From: a virus
Strand: one strand, 5' to 3'
Virus record (IMG/VR): IMGVR_UViG_3300018877_000004
Coordinates: 5,500-69,499 of that record
DNA length: 64,000 nucleotides
Positions within the stretch are counted from its first letter, which is position 1; each line of letters begins with the position of its first letter. Shown here piece after piece: positions 52,174 to 61,326 of this stretch. The translations under genes were made by a program, and so were the position numbers. The notes under the pieces are model-generated. The model saw only the letters and a program-made list of their open reading frames with translations. It was not told where the DNA came from and did not search any database.

Positions 52174-52911
52174 ATGGGACTCATGGAATTAGAGCAAGCG
52201 TTAGCGAAGATTAAAGAGCAGGAAACCACGATCGAGGGATTGAGCGCTGAAGTTACTGGATTGAAAGACGAAAAGAACCGCCTCCTTGCCAAGCGCGATG
52301 AACTCCTTGGTAAAGTTGCAAAGTTCAAGAAATTTGAAGCTCACGCCGATCTTGACATTGACGAACTGCTGCAAATCAAACAGCGCTATGAAGAATTGGA
52401 AACCTCAGAGAAAAGCAAATACGCTGATCTCTACCAGAAGGACAAGTCCAAGCTAGAGCAGCGCTTGGAAGCGATCGAGCAAGAGCGGGCAGCAGAAAAA
52501 GAAGAACGCGCTCGTGAAAAAATTGCGCTCGAAGCTGCTCAGCTCAGAACCGAAGCGATCGGAGAGTTCGCTAAGCCAGAGCATGGCGTGTTTGACCCTG
52601 AGCAACTATTCACCCTGGTTGGACACAAGATTCGTCGCAACGAGGAAGGCAAAATCATTGCGGGTGACGAGTACAAAAGCTTTGAGCTTGGTGAGTTCGT
52701 CAAAGAACTGAAAGAGCAGCCTCGCTACTTGAATCAGTTCAAGCCGAATGGAGCATCGGGTAGTGGTGCGCTGCCGAGCCCTGGAGGTGGGCGATCGCCG
52801 ATCGTGAATCCGTTCAAAAAAGAAACGTTCAACCTCACAGAACAGACTCGAATCTACAAGGAGAACCCTGCCGAGTACGAACGGTTGAAAGCAGCGGCGG
52901 GCGTTAAGTAG
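52174..52911 (+). CDS. Capsid scaffolding protein
   Basis: Coiled coil; GSGA...NPFKKETFNLTEQ C-terminus; precedes the capsid gene. Confidence 0.85.
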   Translation: MGLMELEQALAKIKEQETTIEGLSAEVTGLKDEKNRLLAKRDELLGKVAKFKKFEAHADLDIDELLQIKQRYEELETSEKSKYADLYQKDKSKLEQRLEAIEQERAAEKEERAREKIALEAAQLRTEAIGEFAKPEHGVFDPEQLFTLVGHKIRRNEEGKIIAGDEYKSFELGEFVKELKEQPRYLNQFKPNGASGSGALPSPGGGRSPIVNPFKKETFNLTEQTRIYKENPAEYERLKAAAGVK

Positions 52912-52924
52912 GTGCGGGAATTCT

Positions 52925-52946
52925 GCCATTGAGCTAATGGCTTTTT
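52925..52946 (+). terminator. Short intrinsic terminator after the scaffold gene
   Basis: GCCATT-gagct-AATGGC followed by TTTTT. Confidence 0.5.
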
Positions 52947-53006
52947 CACCTCGTAGGTAATGCCGAAGAGGGGACTGCACACCTATCTAATTGCCTACGA
53001 GGAACT

Positions 53007-53978
53007 ATGGCAGCCGTTAAATTGGCCGATATCATTGTGCCGCAAACTTGGATGCCCTACGTGCAAGTGCGCACACGGGAAGTCTCACAGCTATTTCAGT
53101 CTGGAATTGTTGCATTCAATGAAGATTTGAACGAAGCAGCGCAAGGCCCAGGCACAAGCGCGAATATTCCATTCTTCAACGATCTGTCGGGTGTATCTGA
53201 AGTTCTATCAGATACCGTGCCTCTGACAGTAAATAAAGTGACGACCGGATCGCAGATTTCCGCCAAGCACTTTCGCGGTAAAGCCTGGGGTAGTCACGAC
53301 TTGGTAGCGGCAATAGCAGGTGTTGACCCAGTTGCCGCGATCGGTGACTTGGTTGCTGATTGGTGGGCAAGGGATATGCAGAAGACTTTGCTGTCCTCGC
53401 TCAAGGGCTTCTTCGCCGCTGCCTCGATGAGCGATGCCACTGTGGATATCTCTATCACCGATGCTGCTGCCGCTACTGCTGCTAACAAAATCAGCGCAGA
53501 AGCGACGATCGATGCGGCGGATATCTTGGGCGATGCATCCGGCGACATTACCGCGATCGCTGTTCACTCCAAGCAATATCACAGCTTGCTAAAGCAGGAC
53601 TTGATTCAGTTTGAGCAGCGATCGGAGCAGGGTACACCCATCCGCACCTATCTAGGCAAGCGGGTGATTGTCGATGACTCTCTACCTCGCGTTGCTACCA
53701 CCAACGGCTTCAAATACACCTCCTACTTGTTCGGTGATGGTGCTGTTGCATTTGGTGAAGCTGATGCCAAAGCCCCAGTAGAAATGGATCGTGACATTTT
53801 ATTGGGGGAAGAGTACCTCGTTAACCGTCGCCAATTCGTTCTGCACCCAACGGGCGCGAAGTGGATCGGCACGCCTGCGGGTGTCTCTCCCACGAATGCC
53901 GAACTGGAGACGGGTACGAACTGGCAAGCTGTCCTCAGCCGCAAGAATATCCCGATCGTTCAACTCATCACCAACTAG
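53007..53978 (+). CDS. Major capsid protein
   Basis: KLADIIVP, IPFFNDL, GKRVIVDD, LFGDGA, EMDRD and HPTG motifs. Confidence 0.92.
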   Translation: MAAVKLADIIVPQTWMPYVQVRTREVSQLFQSGIVAFNEDLNEAAQGPGTSANIPFFNDLSGVSEVLSDTVPLTVNKVTTGSQISAKHFRGKAWGSHDLVAAIAGVDPVAAIGDLVADWWARDMQKTLLSSLKGFFAAASMSDATVDISITDAAAATAANKISAEATIDAADILGDASGDITAIAVHSKQYHSLLKQDLIQFEQRSEQGTPIRTYLGKRVIVDDSLPRVATTNGFKYTSYLFGDGAVAFGEADAKAPVEMDRDILLGEEYLVNRRQFVLHPTGAKWIGTPAGVSPTNAELETGTNWQAVLSRKNIPIVQLITN

Positions 53979-53987
53979 GAGGACGAC

Positions 53988-54452
53988 ATGGGATTAACAG
54001 GATTTGAGCGGGCACGACGATTAGCGAATGAAAACGTCTCATACCCAGAGGCGACCGATCATTACCTTGGCGTTGGCGAAACTGCCGACGCTGAGGTGAA
54101 GACCAAAACCAAGGCAGAGGCAGACATCGTGAAGGACTACGACGAGCGCAAACCTGCCTCGATCGGAGAGGGAGAAGGCGACAACAACAAAGGAGTGGAT
54201 ACAGAACCGGACTATACCGGACTGCCCTACTCTGCTGCAACCAAGCCAGGGGACAACCAAAAGAACCACCCTGAAAACTTGGAAGCTTTGAAGACTGACG
54301 CTCCGCTAAAAACGGTTGACGAGACTCAGAAACTACTAGAGGGCCAACCCAGTGAAACACCCGTCATTGCCTCGGATCCAATCGATCGCGCCCGTAAATC
54401 GCGCAAGTCAGCCAGCCCGATCGCCCCAAGTGACGAAAGTGTCGATGGGTAA
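53988..54452 (+). CDS. Acidic, probably disordered head-associated protein
   Basis: MGLTGFERARR start directly after the capsid gene. Confidence 0.65.
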   Translation: MGLTGFERARRLANENVSYPEATDHYLGVGETADAEVKTKTKAEADIVKDYDERKPASIGEGEGDNNKGVDTEPDYTGLPYSAATKPGDNQKNHPENLEALKTDAPLKTVDETQKLLEGQPSETPVIASDPIDRARKSRKSASPIAPSDESVDG

Positions 54453-54524
54453 CGGTCGGATCGTTGCCCTTAACAAAGTTCGCGCCACAATGCCGCCTGC
54501 TTCTGGGCTGAGGGTGATGTAGCC

Positions 54525-54875
54525 ATGCCGTTTGCCGCCACGACACGCGATCGGGTTATGGGCTGCTTAGAGCTGCCTGTAACCGTCTATTACTGCCAGA
54601 ACGTGCAAGATGCCCTCAATCACGCGGAAGCCTATGGCGGCGAGCCTGCGGTGACGCGAATTGAGGGCTATCTGACCCAATACGAAGCGCAAGAGACGGC
54701 GCTAAGTGAAGGGACGGAGAATGCCGGATTGGTCAAGGCAGACGTGCTTGAGTGGGCGCTGGGCGGCAAGACGGCGGGTATTAAGTCAGAAATGAACCGA
54801 CTACGCCGTGCTGTCGCTCGATCGCTGCTGTTGGATCACTTGACTAGTCGTGGAGGTGTTCGGCTAGTTCGTTAA
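54525..54875 (+). CDS. Putative head-tail adaptor
   Basis: Position; LVKADVLEW motif. Confidence 0.65.
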   Translation: MPFAATTRDRVMGCLELPVTVYYCQNVQDALNHAEAYGGEPAVTRIEGYLTQYEAQETALSEGTENAGLVKADVLEWALGGKTAGIKSEMNRLRRAVARSLLLDHLTSRGGVRLVR

Positions 54876-54878
54876 AGG

Positions 54879-55097
54879 GTGGAAATGGAAATATCTACAC
54901 AAATAGAGCGCTGGCAGCAGAACGGATTGTATTTTGCTGCGAAGAAAACAGCAGAAAATCGCTGGCTAGTGTGGTGTTCGTTTGAGCCTGTTGTGGCTAA
55001 TAGCCCAGTGCATGAAAATCCAGCGCAATGCGTATGGTTTGAGCCTGAAGTGACTAAACAAGCTGCGATCGATCGACTACTGGCAGAAATAGGGTAG
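54879..55097 (+). CDS. Small hypothetical protein
   Basis: Operon context. Confidence 0.5.
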   Translation: MEMEISTQIERWQQNGLYFAAKKTAENRWLVWCSFEPVVANSPVHENPAQCVWFEPEVTKQAAIDRLLAEIG

Positions 55098-55101
55098 GAA
55101 T
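55094..55101 (+). promoter_or_regulatory. Late promoter motif GTAGGAAT
   Basis: 31 nt before 55132. Confidence 0.7.
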
Positions 55102-55131
55102 CCTCACAGCGAATCGCAGCGCTAACAACGC

Positions 55132-55512
55132 ATGACCACATCGCCCTTCGCCCCTTACGCCAATGCTCAACTGCGCTTCGTTGTCTCGACGGGCGCTTTG
55201 GTTGCAGGTGCCTTGGGCAATGTTGCACCAAGCGAGCAGCAAGAGATCGAAGTGGTCGCACTGCTACAGCAACAGAGTAACCCCAACCGCGATCGATCGC
55301 CTGGGGTAGATGCACAGGCAATCTGGTTTGAAGGCTATCTCGTTGCACCTCGACCCCTGCCCAGTGCGATCGCTCCTCATCAGCAATGTATTGCTGTGAT
55401 CGACGGGCAGAGCGGGCGATTTTGGCTAGAGCAAACACAACGCAACCCTTTTGTAGCGTCACAAGGTATTGATTTGGTGGATAAGATTCGTGGCTACTTT
55501 GCGCCGACATAG
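55132..55512 (+). CDS. Putative head closure protein
   Basis: 126 aa, beta-rich; preceded by the late promoter motif. Confidence 0.6.
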   Translation: MTTSPFAPYANAQLRFVVSTGALVAGALGNVAPSEQQEIEVVALLQQQSNPNRDRSPGVDAQAIWFEGYLVAPRPLPSAIAPHQQCIAVIDGQSGRFWLEQTQRNPFVASQGIDLVDKIRGYFAPT

Positions 55513-55523
55513 GGAGCGATCGA

Positions 55524-58500
55524 ATGGTTTGGACTGTCACAAGAAGCCCTACAACCGGAAACGGCACAATCACACTGCAAGCAGACGGCACGACCAGCGA
55601 GAACCTGTCCGTCTTGCTAGCTCAGGGCGTGACAGCAGGACTAGTAGGGCTATCAAACCCTACACCGGGAGTCTATCAAACCGAACCAGGAACCATCCTT
55701 GAAGTTCGTGGTGCTACAGGCGACACCACAACTTGGCTTTATCAAGACTGCGATCTAATTTGCCTGCATTATTTCTATCTGAGAAATAATGCAAGATTTC
55801 GCCCAGAAACCAAGAACAAGGCAGGCTTAAAAGTTAAGCGGCCTAGCTTTGTCCTCTCCGCCCAACCCTACAACTATTTTGATGGTGCTGGAATTTTCTC
55901 CAGGACTCAAGGCGGCGTGATGCTAGCCGAGAACTGGGATTTTATGATGCGAGCGCCGGGGGGATTAGATAGTTACATGGATGGGGGCGCGATTTTTGAT
56001 GAAGGATTAAGCCCTGATTGTTTGGCGTCCTACAAGGGCTGTACTTTTACGTGTGACGCTAATCAATATTCTGGCGGAATCTACTATCTTGGCTTTCCGA
56101 TCGTCGCCGGAGGTGCAACGTTTTCAGATTGCCGATTCCTTGGGTTTCCTTCACTCGAAACTGCAAACACTGCACCACTTCTCAATATCTTGCTAGAGCT
56201 GTGTGCTGGAATCAAAAATCGAGATCCGGGCAATTACGTGATCGATCGATTTCGATTTATTGATTGTGGGACTGAGATTACTGCAAGAAATGGCGGGCAA
56301 TGGCGAGCGATCGATTGCTTGGTGACTCCTACTCAGCACGTTATTGAAAATGATTGCTCTATTGTTTTATCGAACTCGGTCGAGTTTTTAGGGTCACCCG
56401 CAGAAGCAAACGGCATTATTTATCTTCAGAATCCTACAACCAACGTCGATCGCCGCAGAATTACAAGTAGCAGTGGTAAAGTATCTGGCGGAAACTCCAC
56501 TGGTGCTAGCGTTGCGGTCAACAGCGATCGGATTTGTGTCGATGTTTTTAGCCGCAGCCGTGGAGCTAGCAATGGAGGAGGAGACACTAGCGGTACTCTA
56601 ACCTCGATCGACCTGCGATCGGGCGAATTCAAAGCGGTGTTTGCAAAATACGGTAGAGAACCGCAGGCTTTTAGCTTCATCCTTTCAGGACAGATAGAAT
56701 CGGCGCAGGTTGTGCCGTTCATCTCTGCCATTGACACCCAAATCACGCAAACCAATGCTGCAACAGTAGCCGCCTACACTGGGTTTGTCGTCAATTACAG
56801 CACTCAATTAGTCACGCGATCGAGTGGCACAGAGGCGCAGCTTTACGACTGGTTGGCACTAGAAAAAGCCAGCCTTGACAGTAGCGGGGTTGTCGTGAAC
56901 GGGCTGACTCTGCCCAAGTGCGCCCTTCCAACCTTGGCTACGACCATTTACGATCGCGTCTCTGGCGCTTTTGCCTACAACCTGAGAATTGTAGGATCAG
57001 ACTTCTTAACAGGTGGTCGCACGATCGCGATGGCATCAGGGCGAACATTGACCTTTGCCACAGCCGCCAATCATTCTGCTGTCAAGATTGCCATTCCTGC
57101 TACGGGAATCGTGCATTTTGAGCAGGGCGGAGTCGCAACGCTGAACGGTACATTTGCCGCAGGTGCAACGATTAACAATGGCTCTGCTTCTGCCCTCACT
57201 GTTCTTGTGGATGAATCGCAAAAAGCCAACATCACTACCACATCGACCGGGGGCGGATCGATCACGGTAATCAGTCAAACAACGCTGAACTTCACAGGGA
57301 TTATTGCCGGATCTACGATCGGAATCCTCAACAATTCAGGCGTGTTGATTGATTCTGCGATCGTCCCTGGAACGACCTACAGCTTGACACTGACCTACCC
57401 AGGAGCGCTGCTGTATTCGGTGCGAGTTCGTAAGTACGGGAGCAACGTATTTGCAAACTCGTTCACACTTGCACCAGGAACGCTTTCAATCAATATCAAC
57501 CAAGCAGTCGATCCTTTTGTAGTGCTGTCTGAGTCGGCAGCAGGAGCGCTAACGGGGATTGCTATCAACTACGGTTCAAGCCTGACTACAGTTTCAGCCA
57601 ATCGAACTCTTAGCCAACTCTACGACTATGCTCGTTGGAGTATTTCGCAGTTAAGCAACATTGACAAGACAAACCCCGCAATTGCCACAACTGACGGGGT
57701 GATTCGATCGCTTAACTACAATTTATCTCTAACAGGAACTTCGACCATTACCGGAACTGGAACGCTAGCAGTTGGAAGTAGAACACTGTTTCTGGGTGCG
57801 GCGCAGACCTACAGCTTTGATGCAACGGTTGGCGCGACAGGCAAAGTTTCTGTAGTCAATGGAACCACGACCCTATCGATCGCTTCCTACGCGAGTGGGG
57901 CGAAATTCGACAACTCTACAGCAACAGCCGCGATCGTCCAAGTCCCCTATGCTGAGTTGGCGAACGCTACAGCATTAACGCCAACAGCGGGCGGAGGAAG
58001 CGTTACACCGCGATCGATCCCTGTGACCTTTACCGGATTCCCCACCGCAGCGAATGCTAACGGGCGATCGGCTGATGCGACATTTGGCGTACAGGACGTG
58101 AGTTCTGATGTTTGGCATACTTACGATGCTTCTAGCGGGTCTGTCGTCATTTCCCTGAGTGAGTTGGCGACTGCACCTGACTATCAGTTAGTCGTGATGG
58201 CAGATGCGATGGGATGGGTTCGGACACCGGATACCACGATCGCTGCTGACTACTCAGGGACATTCGATTTCTCGAATTTGTTCAGAGAAATTGTTGACGA
58301 GAATGGCGATCCAATGGTTGGCCTGGGCACTCAATCAGCGATCGATAAAATCACCTATGACCAAGCATCAGGGCGCTTTGAAGCCGACGAAGGGGCGATC
58401 GACTTCTACTCGGTGCTAGACAAGAAAGAAATCCTAACCAGTTCACAGCTTGGCTTGACAATTTTCAATTCCGCACTTGTGCGACAACTGAATTTCATTA

Positions 58501-58913
58501 AAAATGCCTACGCCAATTTGATTCAAATTCCCAGCCCGCTAACCGTTGCAGCGTCCACAACTGCGACCGCATCGCCTATCTTGACTGATTTTGTGGTGAT
58601 GCGGACGGGCGATCCGACTGCGGATGTGTTTGTGCATGGACTGCCAAGCACAGCGCCCGGACTGAGCGATCGACCTGAGATTCGCATGGGTACAACCAAA
58701 TTCATCTCGTCTTCTGCCAGCGGTGGATCGGGTGGGTCAGGCCCAACAGCCGCTCAGATTCGGCAGGAGATGGATGCCAACAGCAAGCTTGCGACAGTCG
58801 CGACCCAGACAGCAAGAGTGGATGCCCTGATTGAAAACAGCGGCGGCGATCGATTTAAAGCGAAGACGCTCGAAGCTGTTATCGAGCAAGCAAATAAACC
58901 AGTTATCAAGTAA
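55524..58913 (+). CDS. Large virion fibre/spike protein (1129 aa)
   Basis: Thr/Gly/Ser-rich beta protein; beta-helix-like N-terminus; internally duplicated module; GPTAAQIRQEMD C-terminal motif. Confidence 0.7.
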   Translation: MVWTVTRSPTTGNGTITLQADGTTSENLSVLLAQGVTAGLVGLSNPTPGVYQTEPGTILEVRGATGDTTTWLYQDCDLICLHYFYLRNNARFRPETKNKAGLKVKRPSFVLSAQPYNYFDGAGIFSRTQGGVMLAENWDFMMRAPGGLDSYMDGGAIFDEGLSPDCLASYKGCTFTCDANQYSGGIYYLGFPIVAGGATFSDCRFLGFPSLETANTAPLLNILLELCAGIKNRDPGNYVIDRFRFIDCGTEITARNGGQWRAIDCLVTPTQHVIENDCSIVLSNSVEFLGSPAEANGIIYLQNPTTNVDRRRITSSSGKVSGGNSTGASVAVNSDRICVDVFSRSRGASNGGGDTSGTLTSIDLRSGEFKAVFAKYGREPQAFSFILSGQIESAQVVPFISAIDTQITQTNAATVAAYTGFVVNYSTQLVTRSSGTEAQLYDWLALEKASLDSSGVVVNGLTLPKCALPTLATTIYDRVSGAFAYNLRIVGSDFLTGGRTIAMASGRTLTFATAANHSAVKIAIPATGIVHFEQGGVATLNGTFAAGATINNGSASALTVLVDESQKANITTTSTGGGSITVISQTTLNFTGIIAGSTIGILNNSGVLIDSAIVPGTTYSLTLTYPGALLYSVRVRKYGSNVFANSFTLAPGTLSININQAVDPFVVLSESAAGALTGIAINYGSSLTTVSANRTLSQLYDYARWSISQLSNIDKTNPAIATTDGVIRSLNYNLSLTGTSTITGTGTLAVGSRTLFLGAAQTYSFDATVGATGKVSVVNGTTTLSIASYASGAKFDNSTATAAIVQVPYAELANATALTPTAGGGSVTPRSIPVTFTGFPTAANANGRSADATFGVQDVSSDVWHTYDASSGSVVISLSELATAPDYQLVVMADAMGWVRTPDTTIAADYSGTFDFSNLFREIVDENGDPMVGLGTQSAIDKITYDQASGRFEADEGAIDFYSVLDKKEILTSSQLGLTIFNSALVRQLNFIKNAYANLIQIPSPLTVAASTTATASPILTDFVVMRTGDPTADVFVHGLPSTAPGLSDRPEIRMGTTKFISSSASGGSGGSGPTAAQIRQEMDANSKLATVATQTARVDALIENSGGDRFKAKTLEAVIEQANKPVIK

Positions 58914-58924
58914 AGGAGTTCAAG

Positions 58925-59272
58925 ATGATCACTAGCGTTCAACAAGGCACAACTGCAATTCGCGTGTTTGAAACTCTCACAAGAGTAGATGGCGAGAGAG
59001 CCGCCCCGTCTGCCACGCCAACTGTTGTATCGATTCATGTTGATGGTGTGTTTAACAGCGCTTTAGCTGCCGCAGCTACCATTACGCAGATGCAAGACGG
59101 AACACCTGCAAATATTCCTGGATACTATCGCCTTGAGTTTCCTACAACATCTCTTGCGGTCAATAACGATATTCACGTCACTTTAGCAGCGACTATAAAT
59201 GGTTTTCCACGGCAGACCGTTTATAGCTTCGTAATCATCGATCAGCCTTCAATGCTGCCTGTAATCCGATAA
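58925..59272 (+). CDS. Ig-like virion protein
   Basis: AAGGAG RBS; PGYYRLEF beta-strand pattern. Confidence 0.6.
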   Translation: MITSVQQGTTAIRVFETLTRVDGERAAPSATPTVVSIHVDGVFNSALAAAATITQMQDGTPANIPGYYRLEFPTTSLAVNNDIHVTLAATINGFPRQTVYSFVIIDQPSMLPVIR

Positions 59273-59282
59273 GGAGTCGCTA

Positions 59283-59768
59283 ATGCTTTTTGCTCCGGGT
59301 GGATTGGCGATCGCACAGTTTCAGGTAGAGCTATTAGGCAATCTGGTAGCTCTAGTCAATCCTGTTGCTGTGATTTACCGGGGCACGATCGCGACCTCAA
59401 TTGTGCCGACGATTTCCAGTCCAGCGACAGGGTTGTACAGCGTGTCCTTTATAGTTCCGAATAACTGGCAGAACTATGATGCGATCGCCTGCAATCTCTC
59501 AGGCAGTGTCAATGGCAGGGCGGCATCTTTGTTTAAACCAACAGGCGTTGTATTGACCCTGCCTGCTGCCGCGCCTGACAATGCGGCGATCGCAGACATT
59601 CTCGCCAAGGTTGAGAAACTTTACGAACTCGAAGGTGTTGATGGCGCGGTCAGAGCCAAAGATCCGATCGCGGGCGTTCCCGGCTATCGACGGTCAGCCA
59701 CAATTCGGCAGGTCATTACGCAAAATGACGATGGCAGCTACACGATCGCACCGGAGCCGACGCCATGA
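59283..59768 (+). CDS. Ig-like virion protein
   Basis: AAGGAG RBS; TGLYSVSF beta-strand pattern. Confidence 0.6.
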   Translation: MLFAPGGLAIAQFQVELLGNLVALVNPVAVIYRGTIATSIVPTISSPATGLYSVSFIVPNNWQNYDAIACNLSGSVNGRAASLFKPTGVVLTLPAAAPDNAAIADILAKVEKLYELEGVDGAVRAKDPIAGVPGYRRSATIRQVITQNDDGSYTIAPEPTP

Positions 59769-60067
59769 GGCTATTAACCAAAGGGCTGAGCAGTGGCAGC
59801 GCGATCGGACTCCTCACCAATGGTCTGCTACTCGGTGGGCTGAGTGTTCCAGTCGAGCAGTTTCAATACCCCGCAGGCATTGCCTACCTGCTGCCCTATC
59901 CGATCGCTGGCGATGTAGTGCTGCTGCCGTACTCGATCGCGGGTGAGGGCTATTTGCTGCCCTATCCAGTCAGTGGTGAGGCGTTCTTGTTGCCCTATCC
60001 GGTAACGGGCACGGCGTATTTATTGCCCTATCCAGTAGGAGGTGAGGCTTGGCTGAGAAACGTCTAA
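59765..60067 (+). CDS. Small protein with five 11-aa GxxxLLPY(P/S)(I/V)x repeats
   Basis: 33-bp periodic repeats at about 59875-60045; ATGA-coupled. Confidence 0.65.
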   Translation: MRLLTKGLSSGSAIGLLTNGLLLGGLSVPVEQFQYPAGIAYLLPYPIAGDVVLLPYSIAGEGYLLPYPVSGEAFLLPYPVTGTAYLLPYPVGGEAWLRNV

Positions 60068-60438
60068 AGGGATCGGCGGTTAAACAGGGCGACACACCTT
60101 CGTTTGGATATCGGTTGAACCCAGGCTCAAATCCGCACTTTAATAGCCCTGGTCACACGGTTCGATTTGTCACCAAAACCAATCTTGATAGCGAGGATGG
60201 CGCGACGGGAACTGGTTTTGTTAAGACGGTTGGGAACGGAATTGTAATCGAATCCGATCTTGTCTGTCGCATTGACCTAACGCCATCTGATACCCGATCG
60301 CTCACGGTTGGCGCAAGCGGCTTGCGACTCTACTACGAATTGCAGATCGCCAAAAACGACAACACAAAGGTTTATACGATCGAGCAAGAACCGCAATGGT
60401 TTATGGTGAGTCAGGATGTAGCGAGAACTGCGCCTTAG
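60049..60438 (+). CDS. BppU-like / Ig-like virion protein
   Basis: VKQGDT...IDLTPSDT...YYELQI...V.TI pattern. Confidence 0.6.
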   Translation: MAEKRLKGSAVKQGDTPSFGYRLNPGSNPHFNSPGHTVRFVTKTNLDSEDGATGTGFVKTVGNGIVIESDLVCRIDLTPSDTRSLTVGASGLRLYYELQIAKNDNTKVYTIEQEPQWFMVSQDVARTAP

Positions 60439-60493
60439 TGGGAGCATTGGGAGAGGTTTCGTCATAAGGGGCGATCGGGCTATAGCGAGATCC

Positions 60494-60883
60494 CTAACGG
60501 ATCGCACTGCTCAGCAGTTGATAGCCAAACTTAAGCTTTTTAATGAATGCTGAGGTGTTGTGATTCCCAAGAAGCTGATCTGCCTTGCATTTAATCCAAT
60601 TCTCTTTAGAATGTGCCACTTCGTTGTGACAGGTTGTACAAAGATTAAAAACGTCGCGCCCAGCTACTTCACGGCCCGCGATCGCCCCTCTTTTGTCCCT
60701 GTATCGAACGTGATGCACGACCTCCGATCGAGCCACTAAACAGCAGCAGCAAATACCACCCGTCGCCCGATGCGCAATCGCGCAGATCTTTCGCCAGTTG
60801 TCGGCGTAGCGGCTATCCCAGTCGGGTTGCCCTGCTTTCCGGCGACGTTTAACCGACGTCCTACGCCGCCTCTTCACCACCAT
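60494..60883 (-). CDS. HNH-like endonuclease
   Basis: RYADNW...CCCC...EVVHHVRY...NLCTTCH; ATG at 60883 is likely. Confidence 0.75.
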   Translation of the reverse strand: MVVKRRRRTSVKRRRKAGQPDWDSRYADNWRKICAIAHRATGGICCCCLVARSEVVHHVRYRDKRGAIAGREVAGRDVFNLCTTCHNEVAHSKENWIKCKADQLLGNHNTSAFIKKLKFGYQLLSSAIR

Positions 60884-60900
60884 CGATCGCGCTCCTGATA

Positions 60901-61326
60901 CTAGTTGAGCATCGGCCAAACATACCAAACTGCAATTGCAAGCAGCAGGGCAAGGCAGACGTTCTGCTGTACATCGTCCCAAAAGTCGATCGCTCGGTTT
61001 CGAGATTCGCGCCTAGAGTTAAGCGGTGGGTTGTGGCAATGGATTGCGATCGCTTCCTCATGGGCAAGCCGATCGGGATTCCTAATGACTCGATAAACAA
61101 TATGAGTACATTTTTCCCTACAAAGCGCTTCTTCTTTGTGGTGTGCGCCATACCCAAAGTTATCAGTCCACCGCTCTCGCAAGCTTTTAGACCTGCCTAT
61201 ATAAAGCACTTTGAACCATCTACAGCAGTAGTACAATCCAGGATCAGTAGGTAGGCTTTGTCGTGCAAACCAAAACGCTAGACCAACAGGTAGTCGCCAT
61301 TGCTTTTTTCTTCTTCTGGATGCCAT
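60901..61326 (-). CDS. GIY-YIG domain protein with a C-terminal TM helix
   Basis: PGLY...LYIGRSKSLRERW...E..AI...NPPLN, then a hydrophobic tail. Confidence 0.75.
   Translation of the reverse strand: MASRRRKKQWRLPVGLAFWFARQSLPTDPGLYYCCRWFKVLYIGRSKSLRERWTDNFGYGAHHKEEALCREKCTHIVYRVIRNPDRLAHEEAIAIHCHNPPLNSRRESRNRAIDFWDDVQQNVCLALLLAIAVWYVWPMLN

Noticed and set aside
59875-60045. 33-bp periodic repeats as a possible mini-CRISPR
   Set aside because: There are no unique spacers and variation is largely synonymous, so it is a protein repeat.
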